Assembly: GCA_964036045.1 (NCBI GenBank)
Contig: OZ038379.1
Coordinates: 19,964,001-20,028,000 of the forward strand
DNA from: Eutreptiella sp. 'Long Island Sound 2002'
Lineage: Eukaryota; Protista; Euglenida
DNA length: 64,000 bases
Reading direction: 5' to 3'
In this document: piece by piece, positions 10,801-23,890 of the stretch
How positions within the stretch are numbered: position 1 is the stretch's first letter
Layout of the letters: every line of letters begins with the position of its first letter
Notes under the pieces: model-generated
What the model saw: the letters and a program-made list of their open reading frames with translations, nothing else
What the model was told of the DNA's origin: nothing
The model's database searches: none
Program-made: the position numbers and the translations under genes

Positions 10801-13800
10801 GGCGTGCTGGTTGGGTGGTGGCCTGACATGAAAGCCGCGTGATTGTGCCAATAATGCTTTCCAACCCATACAAGCCCTCCGAGGCACACAGTCACCCATC
10901 CGTCAGCCTTCAAGGACACCCACAACACCAGTGGGACCGCGAAAACACTGTGTGTGAGGGGCCATGCTGGCGGTTTGTCAGAGGCACGTACCCAGGGCAT
11001 TCGATCTGCCATCGTACGGCTCATGCAGAATGACGCGCCTGACACACTTCCTGGCACACGGGCGACATGCAGTCTGTGGCTTGTATGTATGCCCCCCCCC
11101 AATTGTTTGCTGCTCTTCCTGGTTGTTGTGGCTGAGGTCTGCCCCTGCGCGTGCCTCTACCAGACACACCCCGCCATGTTTGTTTCTTGGGGTTTCTCTG
11201 CACCCTTTCGTCGGTGCTTTTCGTGCGGGATTTTGTTGCTCTTTGTTTGAGGGCTGTACGTATACGCGCGTATACATGTATGCATATACGCGTATACGTC
11301 GTGTATACATTGTGTATACGTATACACGTTTACATGCCCTTGTGCACGGGTAAACGCCGTTAGCGGACCGTTTTTTAGTTTCTTCGCGTCTACAACATGC
11401 CGACAGTGTCTACAATTAGCAGGCCGCGTCTACTTGTGGTGCACAGTGTCTACAGACTATCCTTGGGTAAACGGTAAACGTGTATGTGCACAGTGTCCAC
11501 AAACTATGCACAGTGTCTACAAACTATGCACAGTGTCCACAGACTGCACGTATATGCACGTATACACGTGTATGTCGCGTATATGTCGTGTATACGTATA
11601 CCGTGTATGTGCGTATACGTACATATCTGCTTTGTTCACTCCCTCGTATCCTGCGGGCTGACGGCGTCACATTTTGCTTCAAACATTCAAGGACCCCGCA
11701 CCCCCCGAGGACGCGGGGGTCCATGCCGGCCCTATATACCGTGCAAACTCCAATATTTTGCCAAGATATTTAATTCTAGAGTGTTTTTTTCTGAGCGCAA
11801 AAAAAAAACAAGAAGCGCAAATTTTTTAAATAATTCTGCCGTTCGGGACACATGATTCCGCAAAAAAAAAATAGGTTAATTAAATAAATAATCCGGAGAG
11901 CGTAGGGTTTGAACTGTTTGTGAACAATCGTATAGGTATGATGCAAGGACCCTTGTTGCTTCCCCTATCTGCCCCGACCCTTTCCGGTGACAGCAATGTT
12001 CTCTTTGCATTCTTTCTTCCCAACTTTGCCCTCTGAGGAAGCCATTCAACGGCGGCAACAAGCTTTGCAGCGAGCCGATATTGAGGGCTTTTGTCGCCAG
12101 TTGTTTTCACAGATTGTTAATTCTGTGGATGTTCCTGGTCCCTGGTCCCTGCAAGATTTGAAGCAAACAGCAGCATTGAGGACACTGTATCAAACGCAAA
12201 ATGGCAGTTGGACAAAAATTAATTGCAAAAAATAAATTTATTTTATGGGTGGAATACACAGTTTTTGGCTCGCAAATTCAAAATAATCGAAAAAAAATAT
12301 TTTTGAGGCTATGTAGTGGCAAAAACAAAAATTTTGCTAAATATTAATTGTTTTTTTTTCCCGCAAAATATTCATGTTTTAAAAAAATTCATGTTTGCAC
12401 GGTAAACTGAGCAGTCCGAGGATCAGCGGTGGCTCGAAATCCCGGATGGGGGGGTGGCAACTTTCTTCTCGCCTGATCGACGAGTGCGCTCTCAATGCTT
12501 CGCGCTGTTCCCCTTCCCCTGGTATGTGTAGTCCTGCAAAGACACTTGGAAGATGCGGAGCTGGATCTGCGGTTGTTGATTGAAGATGAAGAGGCCACCT
12601 GGACTAATATTAATTGGGATGTGTCGCGGTGCTGGTTCAAGAATATGTTCCCTTTGCAGGACCGGGAGACGGCGGCGAGAGCAGGCATTGTGCGGGGCAT
12701 GCAGGTGTTTGGAGCTCCTCGTGGGTCCTCTCCCGTGCTGGATTTCCGTGGGCTAGTCCTGGACAGATCCGGTTGCGTCGCCAGCGTCAGGCCGTTCAAT
12801 GCCCAATGATGGAAGGCTGTGCATTCGCACTCGTTTCCGCGCGAACGTTTGCGTGTTACTTACGCGGTTCTACAAACTGCGCACAGTCCATAGACTGCAC
12901 ACAAGTAAACGGAATCATGCGACACCCTTTTGAAGCATGCAGCCCTTTCAAACAGGGGCCGCTTTGCACTCCGACACTTGCTCCGGCAACATGCGTCTGC
13001 AGCATGCGAACAGTGTCAACAACATGTGCACATTGCACACCCCTTATTCGCCATGTCTTTGGATTGTGCACGGACAAATGTGTGAAAGAGTGCGCCCGCA
13101 GTGTCAACAAACCATTCACAAGCTCGAAACTGCACACAGAGTCTTCAAGCAGCACATGGTGCAAAATTGTGTAACCGCAAGAATGCAGGCACATGCACGC
13201 ACGTCGCAGAACCGACCTCCCCTTGACCGAGACGGCAGTGCTGATCCTAAAGGCCTGATGCAAGTGAAAATGACATCTTTGGAACTACTGCAACGAGGGG
13301 GCTCTAGAGGCCATCAAAGCGTGGGGGCGAGTTCGATTTCGTCCTGGACCCGAACACCCGCGGCGTGAGGGGGAGGGCGGGGGGGGGGGGTCCCAACAAT
13401 TTTCAGACTTCTTTGGCATTTGGATTCCCCATTGAAGTCTGAGCATGCAGGCGACACGTAGGTGATGCAACGTCTCCAAATTCTTCCGAAATCCCCGCAT
13501 CAGCTCGAAACCTCACTGCTATGCGAACAGGTTGCTGTTCCCTATGAGTGTAGGTCTTGTACAGGTTGGATGGCTGTGACCCCTGCTCTTGCCCTTGCCC
13601 GGGCTCTGACTCTGCCCCTGCCCCGAATTCTTTCTCTGCCAACCCCCGCCCCTTGTCCTGATCCACCGCAAAAACGGTGTTTGGTCGAAGTCATCGTTGC
13701 TGCTGCACGTAACACCCAGCTTGCCCCACAGTGTGCGATGGAGCCAAACACAAAGCAACAATTGATACAGCGCTATTCAACAGGCCGGCCCTTGGAATCC

Positions 13801-16800
13801 CCAGTCGCAGGGGGGGCAGGTCTGTAAAAGGGGCTCCAAGCCCCCCCCCCCCTTTTTCAGTTTTTCAAAGGCCCGGTTTGTAGACAATGTGTACAGACGG
13901 CAGACACTGTTGGTGCGCTAAGGGGCGCTCCCGGGGCCATTGGCGCCGGCCAACCTTCGCGGATGCTGTTGTTTCTCTCGCAGCCCTTGTCGTATCTGTC
14001 AGTGTGCGTGGCTACCGCTCCTTCACCCATATTTGTCGCGCAATCCATCAGGATTTCACTGAACGTGCGACCGCTGAATGCTTGTGGCTGCGGGAATTGA
14101 CCTTGCTCACACGCAATGTGGAGGAGGAGGAGAGCTTGAAGCGGACGTGGCTGGACTATCAAGTCATCCCCCTGCATTTGGAGTTGACCCAGGTGGCAGT
14201 TCGGGGCAAGGGACAGGCTGCAGGGGCCAGGGGTAGGGAAAATGGTTGATCAGTGTGACGTGGCACCACGTCAAAGCCCAAGGGCACGCACGTGCAGTGT
14301 AGCAAACTACAGGGCGGAGCGGCCGGGGTTTCTGCAGTTGACAACAGAGGCTGTGGGGCATTCGCCCCGAGTCTCTCAAAGCATTGATTCTAGGCCTTGC
14401 TGGTGATGCTCCCGGGCAGGCAGGGCAGGGCGTGGCAGGGCAGGGCAGGGCATGACCGGGTCCACGCCTTTGCCGCGCCTTCCCCGAACATCTCTCCGAG
14501 GTGGCCATTCCTCTGCAGGCCACGGCTCCGCGGCCTTGGGTGCTGGTCCGTCCCGCCCGCTGTCGGGTGTGGTGCTCCGCAGTGGGTCCCCCGTGCCCGT
14601 TCCCGAGGGTCGCCCCATGCTCTTGCGGCGCGCGGCGTCGGCATCCAAGCAGGTGGGGCAAGGGGAGCAGGCACAACACGGGGAATTATATTTTTTCCAC
14701 TGCTGCAGTGCGTCTCGTGTGCTGTGCTGTGCACATGGTACTGTCCTGGGCCGGCCTGTGGGCCTTACCGGGGGGGGGCTTGGGATGGGACTGTGGTGCT
14801 GGCGAGGCCTGCCCGTTTGGAGGGGGCGGCCAGGCCGGCGGGGACAGCGCACGCGGAAGCGCGAGCGCACGATGGGCGCTGCGAGTGCTAGCGGGTCAGA
14901 GCTGCGGTGCAGGCGGTCCGGGCGCAAGGGGTGGCTCAGGCGTTGGGGGGGCTGTGGCCAAGCGGCCGTGTTGAGCGGAGCACCGAGGGCGGCGGCAATG
15001 TGGAGGTCCGGCAATAGGGGGTGCACGTGCAGGCGCTCCGCAAGCCCCAGCTGGACTTCATTGGGGACGCAGGGGTTGGCCACGACGAACCAGTCGGTGG
15101 GCCGACGGGGGGCAAGGGCGGAGAGGATGGGGGGCGCGAGGAGTGGGGGGCGCAGACGACGTGCGCGGTGAAGGGCCCAGGTGGGGGCAGAGCGGGGAGT
15201 TGGAGGACTGGTGCACGGCGGAGCGTCAGGCGCCAACCGGCGCAGCTGCGGAGGACCCATACCAGGGTCGCGCTGTGGTGCACGCTCATGTGCCTGGCAG
15301 GGGCTGGGACGGCGGCGTGGGACGGAAGAGGTGCAGGCTGCGGGGGTAGGTGAGAGGGGATGGTCTCCAACGCGCGGGGGAGCCGGGGGGACGGGCTGAG
15401 GATGTCCAGCAGTTCGGGGAAGAGGGAGGAGCGAGCCACGGTGTCGAGTAGCGGGGGACGAGTCGGCTCAAGGCCCCTGTGCCACATGCCCAGCATGCTG
15501 AAGGCTGGTTGGGGGGCCGGGGAAGGGGGGAAGGGAGGGCAGGCCGGGTGCCACGGTGCTGCTGGACGATGGGTGAGCGATGAAGCGTGGGGGAGGGGCA
15601 GGCGGTCACCGCTGGGACCTGTGGGTGTGCGAACACCTCCGAGGCGAGGCGCAGGTGGACGGCGAAGAACTGGGGGCGGTGGGACTGCATGTGTGCGGAG
15701 GCATCAGGGTACGGGCGGTGACAGAAAGGGCACTGGACGCCGCCGTAGCTGGGGGGTGGGCGCTTGGGAATAGAGGAGGAGGAGGTGCATGACGCGGTGG
15801 AGTGCCAGCGGGGAAGCCTGGTCAAAGAGTTGGCAGAGCAGGTGGGAGGACCAGCCGGGAGGGAGGGGGGGCTGGTGCTGGGCGAAGTGGCGCGCAGCCG
15901 CAGTGTCATAGACGGCAGCCGCAGTGCGGGCGGGGCTGAGGAACACTGTTCCGCGTTGCACGGTGACGACGTGCCCATGTTAGAGTGGGGCCCTGGGGAG
16001 GGAGCCGGACGGCGGTGAGGAGGCCCTGCCGGGCCAGTGTGTCAGCCTCGTCTCGAGCGCGGCGAGGAGGGAGTGGTCACCTGAGTCGTGCTGGGGCCGG
16101 GCAAGGCAGGGCGGGGCATGGCAGGGCAGGGGGTGGCAAGGCAGAGGGTGGCAGGGCAGAGCAGGGCAGGGCAACACCCTCATCCAAACAACACAGGCAT
16201 TGTTTCTGTCGGTTTCTGGGCCACACCCCTTGTCCAGGCAACGGTGGGGCGTACCTCCTGCTGTGCGTGGCTCTCAGTTCTGCATCGGCCCTCCCGTCAA
16301 CGCTTCTCGGTGCCACAACTGTATCACGGTCTGTGCCCGTGCACTGCACCTTCACTCATTTCTCTTGACTCCAGAGCGTTGAGGATCAAAAGCGGGATCT
16401 GCTCCAGGAGCAGCTGACAGACGCCATGAGCTGGCGCCGCAAGAGTGCCACACTGGACCTCTGGGCACTGCCCCTGACGCGGGAATACCTTCAGGAACAT
16501 GCGGCGCTGCAGCAGGCGGCGCTGCAAGAGCGCACCACAGAACTGGCGCAGATGGAGAAGGACCACAAAGCCGTGCTCGCCATGTCCAGGCCTGTCAAAG
16601 CTGAGGCCCCGGTGTGGCAGAGGCCTCCGCAGAGGGACTCCCAAGAATGGCAACAGGTATGGGAAGCGTGTGGGAAGGCACACGCCGGGGTCTGGTGGGC
16701 AGGAAAGTGGTTGAGGCAGTGGGTCGCACAGGAGCAGTCAGGGTGTAAGGCGTAAGTCGCTTATTTTTTTGTGTAGGTCGAGTGCACTTTATTTTTTTCC

Positions 16801-19800
16801 GTGTAAGTCATGTGTGGAAAAAAAGCTTGAAAATGCTATGGGCACGCAACCTACACAGAAAAAAAGTACATGATTTACGTGTTTTTTTGTTACGTGGCCT
16901 GCAATAAAAAAAGAGCACACGGCCCACAGCCAAAACAAAGTGCACGTGACTCGAGCTTCTTTTTTTATGCGACCTACATCCCGAAAAAAAAATACACATG
17001 ACCTACGTCAAAAAAACAAAAATGAATGCTGCCAACCTTTCTCTTTTTTGCGAGGGCTATGCGACTATTTTGAATCTGCCCTTCCATAAGCAAACAGAGA
17101 TGGCACGGGTTTCATCGCCACTTGGACCCCCCCCCCTCTTTTTGGGGTCCCCGAGACGGCAGGGGTTGTATAGCCATTTTGCCCACATGTGGGCACCCAA
17201 GACGGCAGGGGTGATGTAGCCATTTCTGATTTTGTCCCCACACAGGGGACCTCCAAGAGGGCAGGGGTTCTGTAGCCTTCTTGCCCACATGCGGACCCCA
17301 AGATGGCAGGGTTATGTAGCCATTTTGATTTAGTCCCCACATTGGGGATCACTGAGATGGTAGGGGTTGTGTAGCTAGCCACTTCCCCCCACATACGGGC
17401 TCCCGGGACGGCAGGGGTTAGGTAGCCACTTGCGATTTTGTCCCCGCCATGAGCGCATCTGGGGGGTCCCGAGCACTCAGCGCCGGGACAATATGGAAAG
17501 TGGCTACTCAACCCCTACCCTCTCGGGGGCCCATATGTGGGCGAAGTGGCTACCTACCAACCCCTGCTCCCTCGGAGGTTCCTAGTGCTCAGCATGGGGA
17601 CAAAATCGAAAGTGGCTACTTAACCTGCGCTGTCTCGGTTCGTTGGTTTGTCGGTCGACATGTCGGGGTGGAGTGATAAACGTCCTGTAGGACACTAGGC
17701 TTCAAACCCTCAAGTCCAGGAGAGCAAGCGTTGCGTGTCACCCCTTCTCAATCGTGTGTTTTGCTCATCATAAAATGGGGAACAAGGGCCCGCTCTGATG
17801 GCCCCCAAGCATTGCCCGGACGACATTTGATTGATGTAGCCCCGGTTGGCCGCGTGGAGATGGTTCAATGATGACGACGAAGACGAGGAGCTCACGGGGC
17901 CATTACTCACCGCTGGACTCGAGCACACTAAAGACGGGGACACCTGGGCCCGATGGCTCCGTGGGGCAGTGGCAATTATGCTCCCACCAATGTTCCTTCC
18001 CCACACCTCCCCGTGGACTGCCTGCATGATCTACATTGCGCTGATGCCGGCCCAACCCGCCATTGGCATCTGTTTTGTGGGTGTCCTAGCATCACCCCGA
18101 AGAGGCAATCTTCTTTGAGAACGAAGGGTTCACCGATCGGCGCTTTCCAACACCAAGTGATTGGGCGCTATTGCGCTGGCCGGGCGGCTAGGCCTCCGGC
18201 GTGAACATTGTGCCGCTTTCGGCGGTAGAGCTGGCCCAGGCGGTCCGTGGTGTTCAAGTTTTGTACCCGATGGTTTGGGTTCCGCCCAAAGATTTCATGA
18301 CGGGTTACTATCCGCCCATGTCGCTTCAGGCGGAGATGGCCATCGTCAGCTTCGAATCTAGAGGCTTTGTGGTGAATCCCCCCGGGGGTGCAATCCAACC
18401 TGCTTGCACCTGGGCGACGAAGTGCATGTGCCCGTGATTGCCGTAGACACCTTCGGAGGCGGGACGAGTGCGCATAGATGTGCCTGTGTGTGTGTGGAAG
18501 AAGATCGTGCAATGGGTGGATTTGTCCATGGTGGTCGGACTAGTGTGTGGCAATAGGGGGGTACATCTTCCATTGGGAGTGCGTGCGGTGCGGTGACGGA
18601 GCACCACGTGGCCGCTCGCAGTATCTTGCGGGCTGACCCATAACCTCAGCGTGCGATCCCCCTGCTTCCATTTGCCGCCCCACCACTCCATGGTGCGGGC
18701 ACCGCGCCAACGTCTCAATGGATGACTATGGTCACAGGGATTGTGACACAAATGCCGCTGCCCCGCCCCGACTTGCCTTCAGCGGGGTTGCTTCGCATGT
18801 GGAAATGGACAGTGACGGTGAGTCTGCGGCCGCCGTGTACTCCCAACATTTGAGGGAGACGCGGTGATATTTCAGAAGGCACTTCTCGGCTGTAGCGAGC
18901 GGACTCGTGAGCGCGGGATAGCTCAAGGTGGAGCCATGTTGTTCTGCTTCGCCGGTGCTCCCCCTATTCGCCCCGTCTACACCCCACGCGGCTTGTGGTA
19001 GTCTTGTGCGTGACTTGGCCAGTGTTATGGCCTTGGTTCACATTGCCGGCGGCTCTATGCTGAGCTCTTCGGCTCTCATGGGGCCTTTCGCTGTGCCTTC
19101 CTCTTGTGCAGTTCCGCCAGCCTCAGATGACACGGATGTGGCGTCCAACTGAACTAGTTTGCCGGTACGCCACCCCGTGGCAGCCATCGATGAGCAGTGC
19201 TCCGTGGCTGATCGGCACTTGGACGGGATGGCGGATGTGGGACATTCTTCAGCTAGGGACAATGGAGGTGCAACGGGGCTGATGGCTGTGCTTGGGCTGG
19301 ACCCTGTTTTTGGAGATGATGACGAGAATGAAGGTGATGTTGTTGAGTACGAGAGCGACAGTGGTATCCCCGTTGGCCTGCAAGTCGCCTACCTCATCAA
19401 AGGGCACTGGCTTGTGAGCGTGGGAGCCCCTCGACTAGCCATGTCCCGCAGGAACCCACCCGGGGCGGAGTGCTGTCTATGACGCATGGGCCGGCGAAGC
19501 CCTACGGTAGGGTTTAAGTCCCTGTGCTGAGTGATGGGAAACTGTGAGATAGCAGTGTTTATGTAGCCACTTCGCCCACATATATGTGCCGAGACGGTAG
19601 GGGTGAAGTAGCCACCTTTGAATTTTCTCCCCGCATTGAGCGTTGGGGACCCATGAGACAATAGGGTTTATGTAGCCACTACACTCAAAAAAAGTCGTTG
19701 TCCGTTATTTTCACACCTGACCTGCGCCAAAAAAAAAGTGCAGGCAACTTACGCCAAAACAAAGTACGTGATCTACACTTTTTTCCACACTCAATCTTCG

Positions 19801-22800
19801 CTTTCCATAGTCCGGGTAGTGCTTGCTGCTATTTAGTGAAGCGCGCGGGAAGGGGGGGGGCAGATCGGGTGGGTGGATGGTTGAGGGTGGAGACGAATGC
19901 CGTTTTGGATAGCGGGTGGTTGTGGGGTGAGGAGTCGCCTGAGCGATCGATAGGATGTTGCAAGGGATCTGCCCAGGCCCCGTAGGATAGCGGCCGGCGT
20001 TCGGTGCGGGGGATGTTGCAGGCCCTCTTTGTGGATTTCTTGATATCCCTTGTTGTATTGCTTGTGGTACTACTTGTGGTGTTGATGCTGGTATGGCTGG
20101 TGGTATTCTTGTGGTATTGCTTGTGGTTCTTCTTGCGGGTGCCGCTTGTGGTATTGCTTGTCGGTTTATTTGTGGTATTGTTCAGGTGCTGCTTGTGGTA
20201 GTGCTTGTGGTATTGCCTGGTATCGCTTGTGGTATTTCTTGTGGTACCGCTTGCCCTAATGTTAGTAGCGTTGCTGGTTTGTGGTGCTGCTTGCGGTATT
20301 CCTCGTGGGATTGCTTGTTGTCAGTGAGTGGGCTGAGTGAGCAAAAGTGGGAAAAGTAGTTGTCTTGAGAATTCCCTTGGAGTCAAAGGGTGTCGCAAAA
20401 GCATAGTTTGCAATGTTGGGGGAAAGCAAATAGGCAAAAACCGGGGATTGAGTTTTGTTTGGAACAAGCTTCGTATATGGGGGCCGCTTACGTGTTGGAC
20501 CAGACCTCCTGCCCCCCCGCCTTGGACCCCCAAACCCACATGCAGCTGTGGCAATGGGGAACCGCCAATTTGGGCGCCAACGGCGCCCATAATGTAGCCC
20601 GTTTTGGCCTTCACTCAAAGGGTAGGAAAATTGGTTCCACCCATTGTGTTTATACCCAAAATACTCCAATTTGAATGGTGAGTTCAAATCTTTTATTTCC
20701 CCCCACCACCTCGGGTTATGTAGCCATATTCATTTCTCTCCACTATGGGCACCCCGGGAAGGCACGGGTTGCATAGCCATATTGGTTTCTCCCCATCGTG
20801 GAGACCCGGAGAAGGCAGGGGTTATGTAGCCATATTCATTTCTCTCCACTATGGGGACCCCGAGAAGGCACAGGTTGCATAGCCATATTGGTTTCTCCCC
20901 ATCGTGGAGACCCGGAGAAGGCAGGGGTTATGTAGCCATATTCATTTCTCTCCACTATGGGGACCCCGAGAAGGCACGGGTTGCATAGCCATATTGGTTT
21001 CTCCCCATCGTGGAGACCCGGAGAAGGCAGGGGTTATGTAGCCATATTCATCTCTTCCCACTATGGGGACCTGAGAAGGCAGGGGTTATGTAGCCATATT
21101 GATCTCTCCGGCACATTTGCCTCTTTATCAAGTAGCCGAAGCGCAAGTGTTGTGTCTAGTGCTTCGGAGCTCGTGCCCTCTGAGGATGTGTTAGATGCCG
21201 GCCCAGGAGTTGTGGCAACAAGGGCACAATGTAATAAGCGGAAGTGTACCACATCATCTGCAAAGGGGAAGTGTGAATGGAATGACGACTCCAATGTGGA
21301 GCATCCTAGTAGGCGTTTCACAGCGTATGAAGAAGCACCACTGCGTCCCAAACCTGCCCTAAAGGAACCGAGTGCCCAAGCTAATGCATGGGCTAACAAT
21401 GTTCAAGTCAGGGAGTAGGCAATGGCAAGGCAAGAGCCTGACCCACTACAAGGATTGTGCTTATCCCAAGCCCAAGTGCAGTTGTGAGTATACCCTTGGC
21501 CTGTGTGTAACCCGGCATCATAAAAGTGTCCATATGCATATATGCACATGTATTTAAATGTGTGTGTGTGTGTGTGCGTGTGTGTGTGCAGATTGAAGAA
21601 CGGAGGAAGGGTGGAAGGACCGCATGCAAACAATGGAATTGCAGTTGTTGATGTTGCCTTGTGTAGTACACTGTTGCTTGTTCGGGTGCCTTTGGTGATT
21701 CAGTTGTGCGTTTGCCCGAATACTCCCCCTTTTTTCATTTGTGATGACGGGTAAAAGAAGGCTTGTGTATCCCGACTTGTGTACATTCAAAATGCTCAGA
21801 ATGAAACAAGCAAGTCAAAAATGCCCCCCAAAACCCGAACATTTTTTTGAACCCCCCACCCCATCCCACCTTCTGGACCCCTATGGCCACGCTGCTGGGG
21901 TTGGGGTCTGGAACTGAAATGAACAGCCCCCCGTGGCTCCATACCATGTGCGGCTCACCAATATCTAATGTTGCTGCACGTGGGACTTGATACCAATCAG
22001 CTGCGTCCCATGTCCCAGTAGGACCCAGCTCCTTCTGATGAAGTCTGACCAGGTGGACGCGAGCACCAAGTCTGCCAAGCAAATGTAATGGTAGCGCAAA
22101 GCGAAAATGGTCAACATTTTCTCACCTATTTCATCCTTTTCATTAACCTCCCCTTCCACTGTGCAAGCACAGCCTTGACTCAGTGCGACGACCCCGTCCG
22201 ACTGTTCTTTTTTTCTGACCATAGTTTGTGTGGTCAAGGCTGTCAGATGACACAGGCGTGAGCCCTGTTTCGCTGGGAAGAGGGACTGGGTCACGGATGG
22301 ATGAGTTGGATCTTACTTCTGGGACACAGACCAGCCTTCAGCTCCCTCCCCTCCGCCCTCCTTGTGCTCCCTTGCTGTTGCTGTTGCTGTTGCTGCTGGT
22401 GCTGTTGTTGATGCTGTTGTTCTCGCAGGTGAGGGGGAGCATCAGCCCCGATTGCGATGACATGGAACCCGACGTCTCCAGCCTCCACGAGCAGACAGCA
22501 CCCGATTTACCCCCCGTGATAATCGCCGTTCCGCAGTCCCGGGAATCCAGAGTGTCGCATGCGCAGCGACAGACCGGGGCAGACCTTGAGAAGATGCTCG
22601 TCGCGCTTGGGGAGCTGCAGGCGGACGAGGAGCAGTGGCGGGGTAATGTTTGCGCTAGTGAGCAGCAGGAGCTGCGGCGTGAACAGCGCGCAGTGTGGGA
22701 GCGCTTCGAGGAGCGGATGCGGCTGCGGCTGGTGGCGACGGAGGTGACGGGGCGGGCGATGTGGCGGCGGCTGGAGACCAATGCGATGCAGCTGGTCCAG

Positions 22801-22915
22801 ACGCGGATCCGGCTTGCGGTAAGGGAGGATGCAGAGCGGGACGGTTTGCAGATCGGCGCGTCGTCTGCCAGGTTCGGTTACCGCCTCTTAGGCTACAACA
22901 CCGGCACAACAACGC

Positions 22916-22965
<50 letters not shown>

Positions 22966-22988
22966 CGACGACGACGACAACGACAACG

Positions 22989-23043
<55 letters not shown>

Positions 23044-23078
23044 GAACAACCACAACCACCACCACGACGACGACGACC

Positions 23079-23109
<31 letters not shown>

Positions 23110-23171
23110 TGACCACGACGACCACGACGACGACGATGACGACGACGACGACGACGACGACCACGACGACC

Positions 23172-23203
<32 letters not shown>

Positions 23204-23315
23204 AACGACGACGACCACGACCACGACGACCACGACGACCACGACGACCACGACGACGACGACGACCACGATGACCACGACGACCACGACGACCACGACG
23301 ACGACCACGACGACC

Positions 23316-23347
<32 letters not shown>

Positions 23348-23480
23348 CACGACGACCACGACGACGACGACGACGACGACGACAACGACAACGACGACGA
23401 CCACGACCACGACGACCACGACGACCACGACGACCACGACGACGACCACGACCACGACGACCACGATGACCACGACGACC

Positions 23481-23512
<32 letters not shown>

Positions 23513-23783
23513 CACAACGACGACGACCACGACCACGATGACCACGACGACCACGCCGACCACGACGACGACGACGACGACGACGACGACCACGACGACC
23601 ACGACGACCACGACGACGACGACGACGACCACGACGACCACGACGACCACGACGACCTCGACGACCTCAACGAACACGACGACCACAACAACCACAACGA
23701 CCACAGTGACCACAACGACCACCACGACCACCATGACCACCACGACCACCACGACCACCACGACCACAACGACCACAACGACC

Positions 23784-23823
<40 letters not shown>

Positions 23824-23824
23824 A

Positions 23825-23890
<66 letters not shown>

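Noticed and set aside
14936-16018. GC-rich ORFs as IQ-gene exons
   Set aside because: The coding-like signal switches frames, and exons 7 and 8 join in phase without it.
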